Source: an uncultured Gemmatimonadales bacterium
Lineage (GTDB): Bacteria; Gemmatimonadota; Gemmatimonadetes; Gemmatimonadales; Gemmatimonadaceae
DNA length: 64,000 nucleotides
Reading direction: 5' to 3'
NCBI GenBank assembly: GCA_963793305.1
Contig: CAWBZV010000005.1
Span: 1,472,001 to 1,536,000, forward strand
Made by a program: the position numbers and the translations under genes. The notes under the pieces were generated by a model. The model was not told the origin of the DNA, ran no database searches, and worked only from the letters and a program-made list of their open reading frames with translations. This document shows positions 40,834 to 52,372 of this stretch, piece by piece. Numbering within the stretch: the stretch's first letter is position 1; the number at the start of each line of letters is the position of its first letter.

Positions 40834-43416
40834 GCCGCTGGCGCGCCTTTTTTCAGAAGCAGCGCCTCGACCGCGAAGTCGACGAAGAGATGCGCCTCCA
40901 CATCGAGATGGAGGCCGAGGAGCTTCGGTCGCGCGGACTCTCGCCGAAAACCGCCAAGCGCGAAGCGCTGGTGGCCTTCGGCGGCGTGGAGCGCTACAAG
41001 GAGGCCCACCGCGACGCCCGCGGTGTCCGCTGGCTCGAAGAATCATTGCACGACATACGCTACGCCGCCCGCGCGCTGATCAAAAGTCCGGCGTTCACGC
41101 TCTCGTCGGTTCTGGTTCTGGCGCTGGGGATCGGCGCAACGACGACGGTCTTCGGCGCGATCAACGCCGTGCTGTTGTCGCGGCTCCCATATCCCCACGA
41201 TGAGCAATTGGTCGAAGTCGACATGTGGAACGCGATGGCGAATACGTGGCACATGTCGGTCGTCGACTATCGCGCTCTCGAAGCGGGCCAACGAAGTTTC
41301 TCGGCGGTGGGCGCCGAGACACAGCACGACGTTGCGGTCCAAGTCGGTGGGACCGATGCCGTTCGCCAGACGTTGGGCTACGTCACCGCCGGCGTATTTC
41401 GCGCCCTCGACGTGCAGGCGGCGAAGGGAAGAGTCATCGAGCCGTCCGACGAGCGCGTGGGCGCGCCACCAGTCGCGGTCGTGAGCGACCACTTCGCCGC
41501 GCAAGCAGGACTCGGATCTTCGATCACCCTCGATGGCATCCCACACACCATCGTCGGCGTCTTGCCGCCAGGCGTCACCCGGCTGGGCCGTCTTTCCGGC
41601 GACATCTGGCCCGTGCTTCAGCTCAAGCCACCGACGCGGCGCGGCCCGTTCTTTCTGATCGGCATCGCGCGTCTGGCAAACGGCGTGACCCTCGATGCGG
41701 CAACACGCGACCTCGCTGGCGTCAGCCAGCGCCTCTTCCCGTTATGGGCGGCGAGCTTCCAAGATCGATCAGCGCGCGTCGCTCCGTCGCCGCTCCGCGA
41801 GCGCGTCCTCGGTGATGCGAGCAAGACGCTCGGCGTTTTCGGGGGCGCCGTCGCGCTGGTGCTGCTGGTCGCGGTCGCCAACGTCGCCAGCCTCGCGCTC
41901 GTCCGCGCCACGAATCGCGAGCGCGAGCTCACGGTCCGCGCGATGCTCGGCGGCACCCGCGCGCGCATCGCGCGCCTGCTGGTCACCGAGAGCCTGCTCA
42001 TGGCCGGAGCCGGCGCGGTCGCGGGACTGGTGGTGGGCGTGCTCGGCCTCCGCATCTTGATCGGCATCGGCCCGTACGTGCCACGACTCGCGCAAGCCAA
42101 GCCGGATGCCGCCATGCTGGGCTTTGCGATCCTCATCGCGATCGTCGTCGGGCTGATCGTCGGCACCGCGCCCGTCTTTGTCCTCTCGCGCAATCACGAC
42201 GCCGGCAGTCGCGTGGTCGGCGCTGCCCGAGGCGCACACGCGGCTCGGGCCGGGTTCGTCATCGCCCAATTCGCGCTGACGCTGCCGCTGCTCGCGGGGG
42301 CTGGCCTGCTCCTCAACAGCTTCGTGCGGTTGCTGCACGTGCAACCCGGGTTTGACCCTCGAGGTGTCGTAACCGTGCGCGTGTCCCTGCCGGTGGCGCG
42401 ATATGGCAACGATACCGTGGTGGCCGCATACTGGACCCGCGCGATGCCACTCGTGCGCGAGGTTCCCGGTGTCCTCGATGCGGGGTTGACCTCGGTCGTG
42501 CCGCCGCGCGAGGCCGACATCAACATGAACAACTTTGAGCTCATTGATCGAGCCGCCGTACCGTCGGGCGCGCAACCCGTGTCGCCATGGATCGCCGCGA
42601 CGTTCGGAATACTTTCGGACGCTCCGTGTCCCGCTCCTCGAAGGACGCCTCTTCACACCGGCCGACGACGCGTCAGTTCCGGATGTGATCGTCGTCAGTC
42701 GCGCGTGGGCCAATCGCTACTTTCCCGATGGTCGGGCCGTCGGTCAGAAATTGCGCGACGGCGGGTGCACGACGTGCACGCCGGCCACGATCATCGGTGT
42801 GGTTGGCGACATCAAGGTCCTCGGACTCGACGAGCCTGCCGATGCCATGTATGTCCCACCCCCGCAAGACTGGCCCCGGCAGATGAACGTCGTCGCGCGA
42901 ACCGCCGGGCCACCGGCCGAGGCAGTGCACCGTATTGTCGCGGCGCTCCGCTCGATCGACGCGGGCGTGCCGCTCGACCAGGCGACGGCGCTCGAGGATC
43001 GGGTCTACGAGTCGGTCGCGGAACCACGGCATTGGACGATCCTCCTCGGCGGATTCGCCGGGGTCGCGCTCATCCTTGCCGCCGTCGGCGTATTCGGCCT
43101 CCTCTCGTACAACGTCAGTACCCGCCGCCGCGAGATCGGCGTGCGCATGGCCCTCGGCGCGCGCGCCAGCGCCGTCACGAACATGTTCGTCTGGCGCGGC
43201 ATGGGACACGCGCTCATCGGCACCGGCATTGGTCTGGCGCTCACGGTGTGGTCGACGCGAGCGCTCGCCAGCGCCTTGTTCGACGTCAGAGCCACCGACC
43301 CACTCACACTCGCCACGGTCACGCTGGTCTTGCTCGTGGTCGCGTTGACCGCGTCATGGCTCCCGGCCCGCCGCGCGGCGGCGGTCGCTCCCGTTACGGC
43401 CTTGCGACTCGACTAG
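40830..43416 (+). CDS. ADOP-type duplicated ABC permease (frameshift near 42603)
   Basis: LDREVDEEMRLH prefix, LALGIGA, RREIGVRMALGA, PARRAAAVAPVTALR. Confidence 0.9.
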
Positions 43417-44219
43417 AGACCGAAGCTCAGTGCGCTGCGAAGCATGTACCCCATGCGCGGCACCGGCGTCCCCGGCACACCAGGCGCGGTCCCGTAGGCG
43501 GGGATGCCATTACCCGTTGTGCGCACGACAGGACCGCCGCTCAGCGTGAGCCGCACGACATGTCCCGGAAGGCCAATCGACACGAGCGGGCCCGCGAACA
43601 CCGTCTCGCCGCCCTCGGCCTCGTGCGTCTGCCACAGCCCCTCGAGATCCGACGCCACGGTCTCGACGCCGACGCTCAAGACGGATGTGATCCGCGCCGT
43701 CGCGCCGAGTGAGGCGTAATAGTCTTCCGCATCGTGATCGTCGTCGTCGCCCCCGGCGACCGTGTGGCCGACCATCGCGTTGAACGCCAGCGACCACGTC
43801 GGCGTCGTATGACTCACCCCGAGTCGGCTCAAGAGCGCCGTGCTCCCGTCGAATCCCCGACGAACGCCGCCACTGACCGCGATGTGCCATCCCGCGACAC
43901 GAATCGCGTCGACCATGGCTTCGAGTTGCCCCAGTCCTCGGACTGGCGACGGTCCGTTGATCGCGACACCGGAGCTCGCCAGCACCATGAGCCGACCGAC
44001 CGTGAGGTCAACCTCGGCCGCTTGCTCGACGCGATCACCCGACAGCGGCTCGAACGTCCGTTCGCCGTATCCTGCGTCATACCGGGCGACGATGAGCGGC
44101 GACGCGTCGGGGAAGGGCACCGTGAACGCGAACGGCCGTCCCTGCGCGAGCGCGGTCTGGCTCGTCCCTATGACAAACGCCAGTATGCCGACGGCGCCGG
44201 CTGTGTGCATGCGAGTCAT
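43413..44219 (-). CDS. Putative outer-membrane beta-barrel protein
   Basis: Signal peptide ALA-Q; alternating beta-strand pattern; C-terminus ALSFGL. Confidence 0.6.
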   Translation of the reverse strand: MTRMHTAGAVGILAFVIGTSQTALAQGRPFAFTVPFPDASPLIVARYDAGYGERTFEPLSGDRVEQAAEVDLTVGRLMVLASSGVAINGPSPVRGLGQLEAMVDAIRVAGWHIAVSGGVRRGFDGSTALLSRLGVSHTTPTWSLAFNAMVGHTVAGGDDDDHDAEDYYASLGATARITSVLSVGVETVASDLEGLWQTHEAEGGETVFAGPLVSIGLPGHVVRLTLSGGPVVRTTGNGIPAYGTAPGVPGTPVPRMGYMLRSALSFGL

Positions 44220-44266
44220 GGCAAACATTCTAGCACATATGGCGTTCTCCGCGCCACGTCCCCACG

Positions 44267-46621
44267 TTGCCTGGCGTGGCGATTCCTTTTTTTTACCTCG
44301 CGTTGACAACGGCCGGCATTATTTACAGCGGCCGCGCCGGCCAGACCCGCGTGAACATTCCGCGCATCGATGCCGCACCCACGATGGACGGCACGCTCGA
44401 CGATCCGGTCTGGCAAGAGGCCGCCGTCCTCACGGGGTTCTCCGAATACACACCCGTCGACGGCCTGCCGGCGGAGGACTCGACCGAAGTCCTCGTGTGG
44501 TACTCGCACCGCGCGATCTACTTCGGCATCCGCGCGTTCGAGCCGCACGGGAGCGTGCACTATAAGCTCGCCGATCGCGACAAGATCGACGCCGATGACA
44601 ACATCCAGATTATTCTGAGCCCGTTCTTGCACTCGCGTCAGGCGCTCGTGTTTGCGGTGAATCCCCTGGGGATACAGGAAGACGGCACGATCACCGAGGG
44701 CGTGCGTACCGGCCGCGGTTTCAGCACGAGCAACACGCAGACCGGCCGCCCGACCACGGATCTCAACCCGGACTTCGTGTTCGAGTCCAAGGGTCACGTC
44801 ACGACGACGGGCTACGTGACCGTGATCCGCATCCCGTTCCGTAGCATCAAGTACCAACAGGCCGCAGTCCAAGACTGGGGCCTGAATATCATCCGGAAGG
44901 TGCAGCACTCGGGGCATGAACAGAGTTGGGTGCCGACGAAGATCGCCGCCGCCTCGTTCCTCGCGCAGTCGGGCACACTCGTGGGCCTCAGTCAGCTGTA
45001 TCGCGGCCTCGTCCTCGACATCAACCCATTCGTCACACAAAAAGCGAACGGGGACAGCGCTGCCCCGCGCCCGTGGCGCTATGGCGTGGAGCGCCCCGAG
45101 TTCGGCGGCAACATTCGCTGGGGCATCACCAACAACCTGACGCTGAACGGCACATACCGGCCGGATTTCGCCGAGGTGGAATCGGACGCCACGAAGCTCC
45201 AGCTCGACCCGCGCTACGCGGTCTCGTACCCCGAGAAACGCCCTTTCTTCCTGGACGGCCTCGAGCAATTCAACACGCCGAACAACCTGATCTACACGCG
45301 ACAGATCGAGGAACCGATCGCGGCCACGAAGCTCACCGGTAAGCTCGGCAACGTCACCGTGGCCTACCTCGGCGCCCAAGACCAGGAAGACTCCTCGGCG
45401 ACCGGCGCCGGGCATCCGATCTTCAATGTCCTCCGGACGTGGACCGACATCGGCTCGGCCTCCCAGATCGGCGCCGCACTCACCGACAAGGAGCAGGGCG
45501 GCGCCTTCAACCGCATGGCGAGCCTCGACGCGCGATTCGCGTTCGCCAAGATCTACAGCCTGCAGATGCAGGGCGCGTCGAGCATCACGCGCGATAGCGG
45601 TGGAACCGGGAGCAGCGCCGGTCCCCTGTGGTACGCCCGCTTCGTGCGCGCGGGGCGCACCTTCGGTATCGACTATCTCGTGCGCCAGATCGACCCGCAG
45701 TTCGTGGCCGCGAGCGGATTCATCTCCCGCGCCGGCGTCGGCAACGTCTCGCTCGACCACCGGATCACGCTGTACGACAGTCCGGGGAGCTTCATCGAGA
45801 CCTACGGCGGCGACTTCCGCATCTCCGACACATGGGCGGGTCGCAACCTGACCGATTTCCATCGCGCCGAAGACCAGCGCTACCAATTCAATCTCACCAC
45901 GACCATCCACGGTGGCTGGGTCGTTGGCGGCGGCATCTATCTCGAACACTATGGCTACGACCCGACCCTGTACTCGACGTACTACCTCGGCAAAATCCAA
46001 GGCACCGACACGACCTATCTCCCATTCCCGCACCAGCAAGACATCCCGAACACCGACTACGTCTTCAATCTGATAACGCCGCAATTCGCCCACTTCTCAG
46101 CGAGCCTCGTCTACGTCTGGGGCCGCGACGAGAACTTCTTCGAGTGGGCCTCGGCCGACGTGGACCTGCCGCAGGTCACCCTGACCTGGCAACCCACGCA
46201 GCAGATCCGCGTCAACGCGACGTACAACGGCATTTTCTATCACCGGCACGATGACGGCTCGACCGTCGGCCGGACCCTCATTCCCCGCCTCGACGCCGAG
46301 TATCAGATCACGCGCGGGATTTTCGTTCGTCTCGTCGGCCAGTACGACGCCCAGTACCAGGACAGCCTTCGCGATGACTCCCGGTCCGAGCTTCCGATCT
46401 TCATCAAGAGCTCGACGACCGGAGTCATCTCGCGGGCGTCAGCCGCGACCAGCAACGTGCTCGAGGGCTCGTTCCTGTTCTCGTACCAGCCGATCCCTGG
46501 CACGGTGGCGTTCCTGGGGTATGGCAACGATTCGTACGAGCCCTTGGCGCTCCACTTCACGGGTCTCCGGCGCCAGGCGGACAGCTTTTTCCTGAAACTC
46601 AGCTACCTGTTCCGCGTATAG
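44267..46621 (+). CDS. CBM9-like plus DUF5916 outer-membrane protein
   Basis: PTMDGTLDDPVW, PDFAEVESD, PEKRPFF, YTRQI; C-terminus FFLKLSYLFR. Confidence 0.88.
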   Translation: MPGVAIPFFYLALTTAGIIYSGRAGQTRVNIPRIDAAPTMDGTLDDPVWQEAAVLTGFSEYTPVDGLPAEDSTEVLVWYSHRAIYFGIRAFEPHGSVHYKLADRDKIDADDNIQIILSPFLHSRQALVFAVNPLGIQEDGTITEGVRTGRGFSTSNTQTGRPTTDLNPDFVFESKGHVTTTGYVTVIRIPFRSIKYQQAAVQDWGLNIIRKVQHSGHEQSWVPTKIAAASFLAQSGTLVGLSQLYRGLVLDINPFVTQKANGDSAAPRPWRYGVERPEFGGNIRWGITNNLTLNGTYRPDFAEVESDATKLQLDPRYAVSYPEKRPFFLDGLEQFNTPNNLIYTRQIEEPIAATKLTGKLGNVTVAYLGAQDQEDSSATGAGHPIFNVLRTWTDIGSASQIGAALTDKEQGGAFNRMASLDARFAFAKIYSLQMQGASSITRDSGGTGSSAGPLWYARFVRAGRTFGIDYLVRQIDPQFVAASGFISRAGVGNVSLDHRITLYDSPGSFIETYGGDFRISDTWAGRNLTDFHRAEDQRYQFNLTTTIHGGWVVGGGIYLEHYGYDPTLYSTYYLGKIQGTDTTYLPFPHQQDIPNTDYVFNLITPQFAHFSASLVYVWGRDENFFEWASADVDLPQVTLTWQPTQQIRVNATYNGIFYHRHDDGSTVGRTLIPRLDAEYQITRGIFVRLVGQYDAQYQDSLRDDSRSELPIFIKSSTTGVISRASAATSNVLEGSFLFSYQPIPGTVAFLGYGNDSYEPLALHFTGLRRQADSFFLKLSYLFRV

Positions 46622-46627
46622 GTCGGC

Positions 46628-49050
46628 ATGATTGCCACCGACCTCCGGCACGCCCTGCGCACCCTCCGGCGGTCGCCGGGGTTCGCGACGGCCGCCATCC
46701 TGTGCCTGGCGCTCGGTACGGGCGCGACCGCGACCGTGTTCGCCGTGGTCAACACGCTGCTGTTCCGGCCGCTCCCGGTGGCGCAGCCGGACAACCTCGT
46801 GGTTATCGCCACGCTGAGCAGTGGCGTCGGCTTGCCGAGCGACATGTCGTACCCGAACTATCTCGACATCCGATCCACGCGATCGATAGTCTCGGATGCC
46901 GCGGCGTACAACTTCGACGGCGTCAGCGTGCGGATTGGCGAGGAGACGAACCTCCGGCAGGTCACCGCCGTGTCCGACAACTACTGGGCCATGCTCGGCG
47001 TTCGGCCCATCCTGGGCAGAGCATTCACAGCGCAGGAGGCACTCCAGCGATCACCATTGGCCGTGATCAGCTACCGCTCGTGGCAGCGCGATTTCAATGG
47101 GGCGCCGAATGTCCTCGGCCGCTCGATGAGCATCGACGGGAACCCGTTCACGATCGTCGGCGTGGCACCCCGCGAATTTTTGGGGACGCAGCCCATGGTC
47201 ATCTCCGATGCCTGGGTGCCGGCGTCAGTCCATGAGCCCGACCAGCTCCAGCGTCGCGCCGGCGGCGGTTGGAAGGTGATCGGCCGTCTGCGGGAGGGCG
47301 TGGATCTCACCGCGGCCCGGAGCGCCTTGGATCTCTTGGCGTCCCAACTGCAGCATCAATACCCGGTCGAGAACGAAGGCGAGCGCTTCGTGATCGAGCG
47401 CGAGCTCAGGGCGCGGCCTGACATCGCGGTCTCGGGCGTTCTCCCGCGCGCCGCTGCCGTCTTCATCGCGCTGACGACGCTCGTCTTGCTCATCGCCTGC
47501 GCCAACGTCGCCTCGTTGATGCTCGCGCGCGTGAGCGGCCGCCGCACCGAGCTCGCCGTCCGTACCGCGCTCGGCGCCAGCCGCGCGCGGATCGTCCAAC
47601 AGCTGTTGACCGAGAGCGTTCTCATCGCCGTCTGCGGTGGACTGGCCGGCACGCTGCTCGCGCTCGGCGCGGCCCGCTGGTTCAACGCGATCAAGCTCTC
47701 GACGAATGAGCCGATCGAGTTCGGCGTCTCGTTGGATTGGCGCGTGCTCGCCATGACCGCTGGCGCGGTACTCCTGGCCGCGATCCTGAGTGGGGCGGGA
47801 CCCTCGCTCCGCTCTTCCGATCCACAGTTGAGCGACGCGCTCAGAGCCGGCGCGCGCGGCACCGGTGGCATCACGCGCCAGCGCTTCCGTGCTGGCCTCG
47901 TGACCGCGCAGATCGCCGTCTCGTTCGTGTTGCTCGTCGCGGCCGGACTCTTTCTGCGCAGTGTCCAACACGCGCGTCTGCTGGACCTCGGGTTCCGTCA
48001 AGACCATGCATTCATGGCCACCACGGAACGTCACGCTCGCGCGCTACGACAGCACGCGCGGGAAGGCCTTTTACCGGTCGCTCTTCGCCCGAGCGGCCGA
48101 GCTCCCAGGGGTTCGCCGGGCCGCGCTCGCCAGCACGATTCCCCTCGGCACCAGCCACAACGACGGTGATGTCTACGCAGACTTGCCGACGCTAGCCGCC
48201 GAGCGAGGGCACACACACGTCGAGGAGGTGTCGGTGACGCCGGGATACTTCGACGTGATGGGCATCGGTGTGGTGCAGGGCCGCGACTTCACGACACACG
48301 ATGACACGGCGTCCTCCGTCGTGATCGTCAACGCGGCGATGGCCGCGCGTCTCTGGCCCGGCGCTGACCCGATCGGCCAGCGCATGCGACTCCGTGCCGA
48401 TGGTCCGGAGGTCACGGTCGTCGGGGTCGCGCGAACCGTGATGTCGATGTTCCTCGGCGAGCGCCCCCGTCCGATGCTCTACATCCCATTCGCCCGACGG
48501 TATCGCGCCCAGATGGCCTTGCAACTCGCCACCACCGGCGATCCGGGCCAGCTCGCCGCTCCGGTGCGCGACCTGGTCGCGTCAATCGAACCCAATCTCC
48601 CGCCGTTCGCGATGAAGACGATGCGGGAGCACTTGGACGGCGGGATCGCCTTCACGCCGATTCGCCTCGCGGCGACGCTCGCGATCGCGATCGGACTCTT
48701 GGGTCTGATCCAGGCCTTGATCGGCCTCTACGGCGTTGTCGCATACTCCGTCGCCCAGCGCGGGCACGAGATCGGGATCCGCATGGCGATCGGCGCGACG
48801 TTCGGGCAACATCCTGCGCGGGGTGCTGCGCGAAGGCATGGTGCTCACGGGCGCCGGCCTGGGCGTCGGCTTCATCCTCTCGCTCGCTGTCACGGGTGTG
48901 CTGCGCAGTCTCCTCATCGGCGTGAGCGCCCGTGACCCCGCTACCTTCGGTGGGCTCGCGCTCATTCTCGCCATCGTCACGCTCGCCGCGTGCTGGATTC
49001 CCGCCGCCCGCGCAGCGAGTGTACCGCCAGCGGGGGCGATGCGCGGCTAA
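46628..49050 (+). CDS. ADOP-type duplicated ABC permease (frameshifts near 48025 and 48805)
   Basis: DLRHALRTLRRSPGF, LLIACANVA, EIGIRMAIGA, WIPAARAA. Confidence 0.9.
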
Positions 49051-49394
49051 GAGCCGCAGGGCAGAAGAATCGTCGTCGAGTCGACCAACCCGCCCTGCAC
49101 GGCGAACCCGGCGACGAGCACCGAATCGCACCCGGTGGGCAAGTTGCGCAACTCGAACTGGCCGATGCCGGCCGGGACGCCGTTCTGATAGAACGTCCCG
49201 CCGGAGCTGGTCGTATCCAACGCCGTGTACGTGGAGTCGGTGAGACTCATGATCGTGACCTGCACACCAGCCACCGGCGTTTGGATCGAATGCGACACGA
49301 CGGTCCCCGCGATGGCTCCGGTGGTTGGCGCCGGAGCGACTTTCGTAGGATCAGAGCACGCCACGAGCAGCACCACGAGCATCAGCGGTCGCAT
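49047..49394 (-). CDS. Small lipoprotein with a single Cys-paired beta-sandwich module
   Basis: LVAC lipobox; GAIAGTV...LPTGC...LPC. Confidence 0.75.
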   Translation of the reverse strand: MRPLMLVVLLVACSDPTKVAPAPTTGAIAGTVVSHSIQTPVAGVQVTIMSLTDSTYTALDTTSSGGTFYQNGVPAGIGQFELRNLPTGCDSVLVAGFAVQGGLVDSTTILLPCGS

Positions 49395-52315
49395 GCAGGT
49401 CCCCCGGTTGACGCGGAGTCTGTCGCCAGTCGGCGGAGGGCGCTGTCGATTGCACGGCAGTCCGCGTCGACAACCGCGATGTCGCTTGGCGTGGGATCGA
49501 TATCCCCCGACTCCATGTCTTCGAGATGCCGGGTGAGATCGCGGTTCGCGGGACCGAATCCGCTATCCGCCACCGCCCGCAGCTTGGCCGCGAGGGTGCT
49601 GTCTTTCGTGGTCGCCCGCAATGCCTGGAGTTTCGCGAACTCGGCATAGCTGACCTTCATGCCCGCCATCATGCGCAGCTGCAGCTTGAGCTGCGCCTCG
49701 AGCCCGGCCTGCGTGACCTGGACGCGCGGATCGTTCTCAACGACGAGACTCTGCGTGTATGTCTGGCCGCCCACGGCCAACTCGATGCGGTACGTCCCGG
49801 GGACGACCAGCGGCCCGGTCGGTTGCACACGCGGCGTGGTTCCTTTCACGGCGTGCACATTGAGCGTGTACTCCCGATAATCGAGGAGATCGCCGAAGTA
49901 GCTGTAGTTGATCACATCGGGCGGCGGGTATCGAAGATCCCAGGCCACGCGATGCATGCCGGCACTCGTGGCCAACGCGGTCTCCGGCGCCAACCAATAC
50001 GCGGCGATGTTCGGCCGCACGGTGTCCGCGGGCGGCGCGGTACTCGACATCTGCCGGACGAGCTGTCCCTGACTGTTGTACACCGACAGCGTGACTGGCC
50101 CGGCCGCCGGGGTCTTCAAGTAGTAGTCGATGATCGCGCCTTCCGGCGGATTGTCTCCCGCCGGCACTTCGGGCGGGAGCGGTGTGTCCTCGATGTTGTC
50201 CCACCGCATGCGATACGCGAGCTCGGGCTGGAAGAGATACGCGCTCGCCGCCATGGCCGGCCGCACCTGCCTGAGCGGCGTGAGATCGTCGAGAATCCAG
50301 AGCGCTCGTCCATACGTCGAGATCGCCAGGTCGTTCCCGTGGATCGTGAGATCCGTCACGTCGGTTGTCGGCAGATTGAGCTGCAAGGACTGCCAGTGAT
50401 CGCCGCGATCGAACGACACCCACGCGCCGGTCAGCGTAGCGGCATAGAGCAGGTTCGGATCAACGGGATCTTCCCGGACGCTCGTCACCGGCTCGTCGGG
50501 TGGCAACCCGTTCGCGACGAGGTCCCAATGCCCGCCAAAGTCGGTCGTCCGATAGATGTACGGGCGGAGATCGGGAAACCCCGTCACGGCTGCGTACGCC
50601 GTGCCTGCGTCTTTGTGCGAGGCGTCGATGACCTCGACAATCGGACCGAGCGGGGACTTGGGCATATCGGGAGGCGTCGCGTTCGTCCAGGTTGCACCGC
50701 CGTCCCGCGTCACCTGAATGATCCCATTGCTGGCGCCAACCCAGATCACGCCGCTCTGTACCGGCGAGGGCGCCAGCGTCTCGATCGACTTCGACGTCAG
50801 CTCGGGGCCGAGATGGCGCCAGGTTCTCGCGTTGTCGCTCGACGCGAGCACGTATTGCGCGCCCATGTACAACGTGTGCGGATCCTGTGGCGAAAACGCC
50901 AGCGGCGGCGCGTAGCTGAACCGGTCTTCGGCCGAGGGGCTGTACACGACCGCGACCTGGCCGGTCTGGCGATCATAACGCCGCAGTACCCGATACCAGC
51001 CTTGCGAGTACACCCACCGCTCGTCGAGTGGATCGGTGACGATGTAGGTATCCTCGAACCCACCGATCGGATACCAATCGTTATCCCGTATCGCCCCGAA
51101 GTCGCTTCGACTCAGCACACACGCCGTTCCACTATCCTGCTGCGCGCCGCACACGCGATACGGGAAGTGGTCGTCGGTCGACACGTGATAGAACTGCCCA
51201 TTGGGCAGGTTGTACCACGGCGTCCAGGTCTCTCCGCCGTCGACCGTAATCGTTGGACCCTGGTCCACGCCCAGCAGCATCCGGCGTGGATTCGAGGGGT
51301 CGATCCACAGGTCGCGCGGATCATCACCACCGGGCGATCCTTTGAGCGCGTCGACGCGATGTCCGCCATCGGTCGACCGATACATTGCGGTCCCCATGAG
51401 GTACAGGACGTCGGGGTTCTTGGGGTCGACATAGATCGGCCCGCCGCCCGCGCTGAGCAGTTGCTTGGTCGCGATCGTCCACGTCGTGCCACCATCGTCC
51501 GACCGGTACAGCCCACTCGCATCGCGGCCGTTCCCACTGCGCTCGGCGTACACTCGCCGCCCGTTCGCGGCGACCTCGAACCTCGCGTTCTTCGGCAGCC
51601 CTCGGCCCGCAACGGGATGCCAGGTCGCACCTTTGTCGATGGACTTATAGATCGTCACGCCGAGCGGATGCGCCGAGTCACCCTTGGTGCGCTGAAGTGC
51701 CGCATAGATGATCGCCGGATTGGTGGCGTCAGCGGTCATTCCTCCGACGCCGGTGTACGGGTCGACGAACAGCACCCGCTTCCACGTCTTCCCGCCATCG
51801 ATCGAGCGATACACGCCGCGCGCGCTACTCGTGTCGCCGAAGAATTCGCGCGAGCCGAGCGCGCCGACGAGCACTATGTTGGCGTCGTGAGGATCGACGA
51901 TCAGCGATGTGATGTACTTCGTCTGCTCGAGGCCGAGCGTTCGCCAGGTTGCTCCGGCGTCGGTGCTCTTGTACACGCCTTTGCCGGGCGTGAATGACCA
52001 CCCGGTCGGATCGCCGGTGCCGACGTAGACAATCTTCGGGTTGCTGCCGGACACGGCCACGGCGCCGACCGACGGTACGTGCTGGTCGTCGAAGATCGGC
52101 TTCCATACGGTTCCGCCGTCGGTCGTCTTCCAGACCCCGGCCTCGGGCGTCCCGATGTAATACGTGTTCGGATCACTCGGGATGCCGCTCACGGAGTACA
52201 CGTTACCGGCGCGGTACGGGCCAATGAGCCTCCACCGCATGTCGCTGAAATACGCGGGGTCGACCTGGCCGAAAGCGACGCTCGGAATGAGCGCGAGAGC
52301 GAGGCAGATTCTCAT
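49382..52315 (-). CDS. Secreted VPS10/BNR (Asp-box) beta-propeller glycosyl-hydrolase-like protein
   Basis: Signal peptide; many SxDxGxTW Asp-boxes; WRLIGPYRAG; TYGRALWILDD. Confidence 0.9.
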   Translation of the reverse strand: MRICLALALIPSVAFGQVDPAYFSDMRWRLIGPYRAGNVYSVSGIPSDPNTYYIGTPEAGVWKTTDGGTVWKPIFDDQHVPSVGAVAVSGSNPKIVYVGTGDPTGWSFTPGKGVYKSTDAGATWRTLGLEQTKYITSLIVDPHDANIVLVGALGSREFFGDTSSARGVYRSIDGGKTWKRVLFVDPYTGVGGMTADATNPAIIYAALQRTKGDSAHPLGVTIYKSIDKGATWHPVAGRGLPKNARFEVAANGRRVYAERSGNGRDASGLYRSDDGGTTWTIATKQLLSAGGGPIYVDPKNPDVLYLMGTAMYRSTDGGHRVDALKGSPGGDDPRDLWIDPSNPRRMLLGVDQGPTITVDGGETWTPWYNLPNGQFYHVSTDDHFPYRVCGAQQDSGTACVLSRSDFGAIRDNDWYPIGGFEDTYIVTDPLDERWVYSQGWYRVLRRYDRQTGQVAVVYSPSAEDRFSYAPPLAFSPQDPHTLYMGAQYVLASSDNARTWRHLGPELTSKSIETLAPSPVQSGVIWVGASNGIIQVTRDGGATWTNATPPDMPKSPLGPIVEVIDASHKDAGTAYAAVTGFPDLRPYIYRTTDFGGHWDLVANGLPPDEPVTSVREDPVDPNLLYAATLTGAWVSFDRGDHWQSLQLNLPTTDVTDLTIHGNDLAISTYGRALWILDDLTPLRQVRPAMAASAYLFQPELAYRMRWDNIEDTPLPPEVPAGDNPPEGAIIDYYLKTPAAGPVTLSVYNSQGQLVRQMSSTAPPADTVRPNIAAYWLAPETALATSAGMHRVAWDLRYPPPDVINYSYFGDLLDYREYTLNVHAVKGTTPRVQPTGPLVVPGTYRIELAVGGQTYTQSLVVENDPRVQVTQAGLEAQLKLQLRMMAGMKVSYAEFAKLQALRATTKDSTLAAKLRAVADSGFGPANRDLTRHLEDMESGDIDPTPSDIAVVDADCRAIDSALRRLATDSASTGGPACDR

Positions 52316-52372
52316 GGGCGTACAATATGCCACCCGAGTTGCCTGGCCGCCTCCCGCCGCGTCCCTCGGAGT

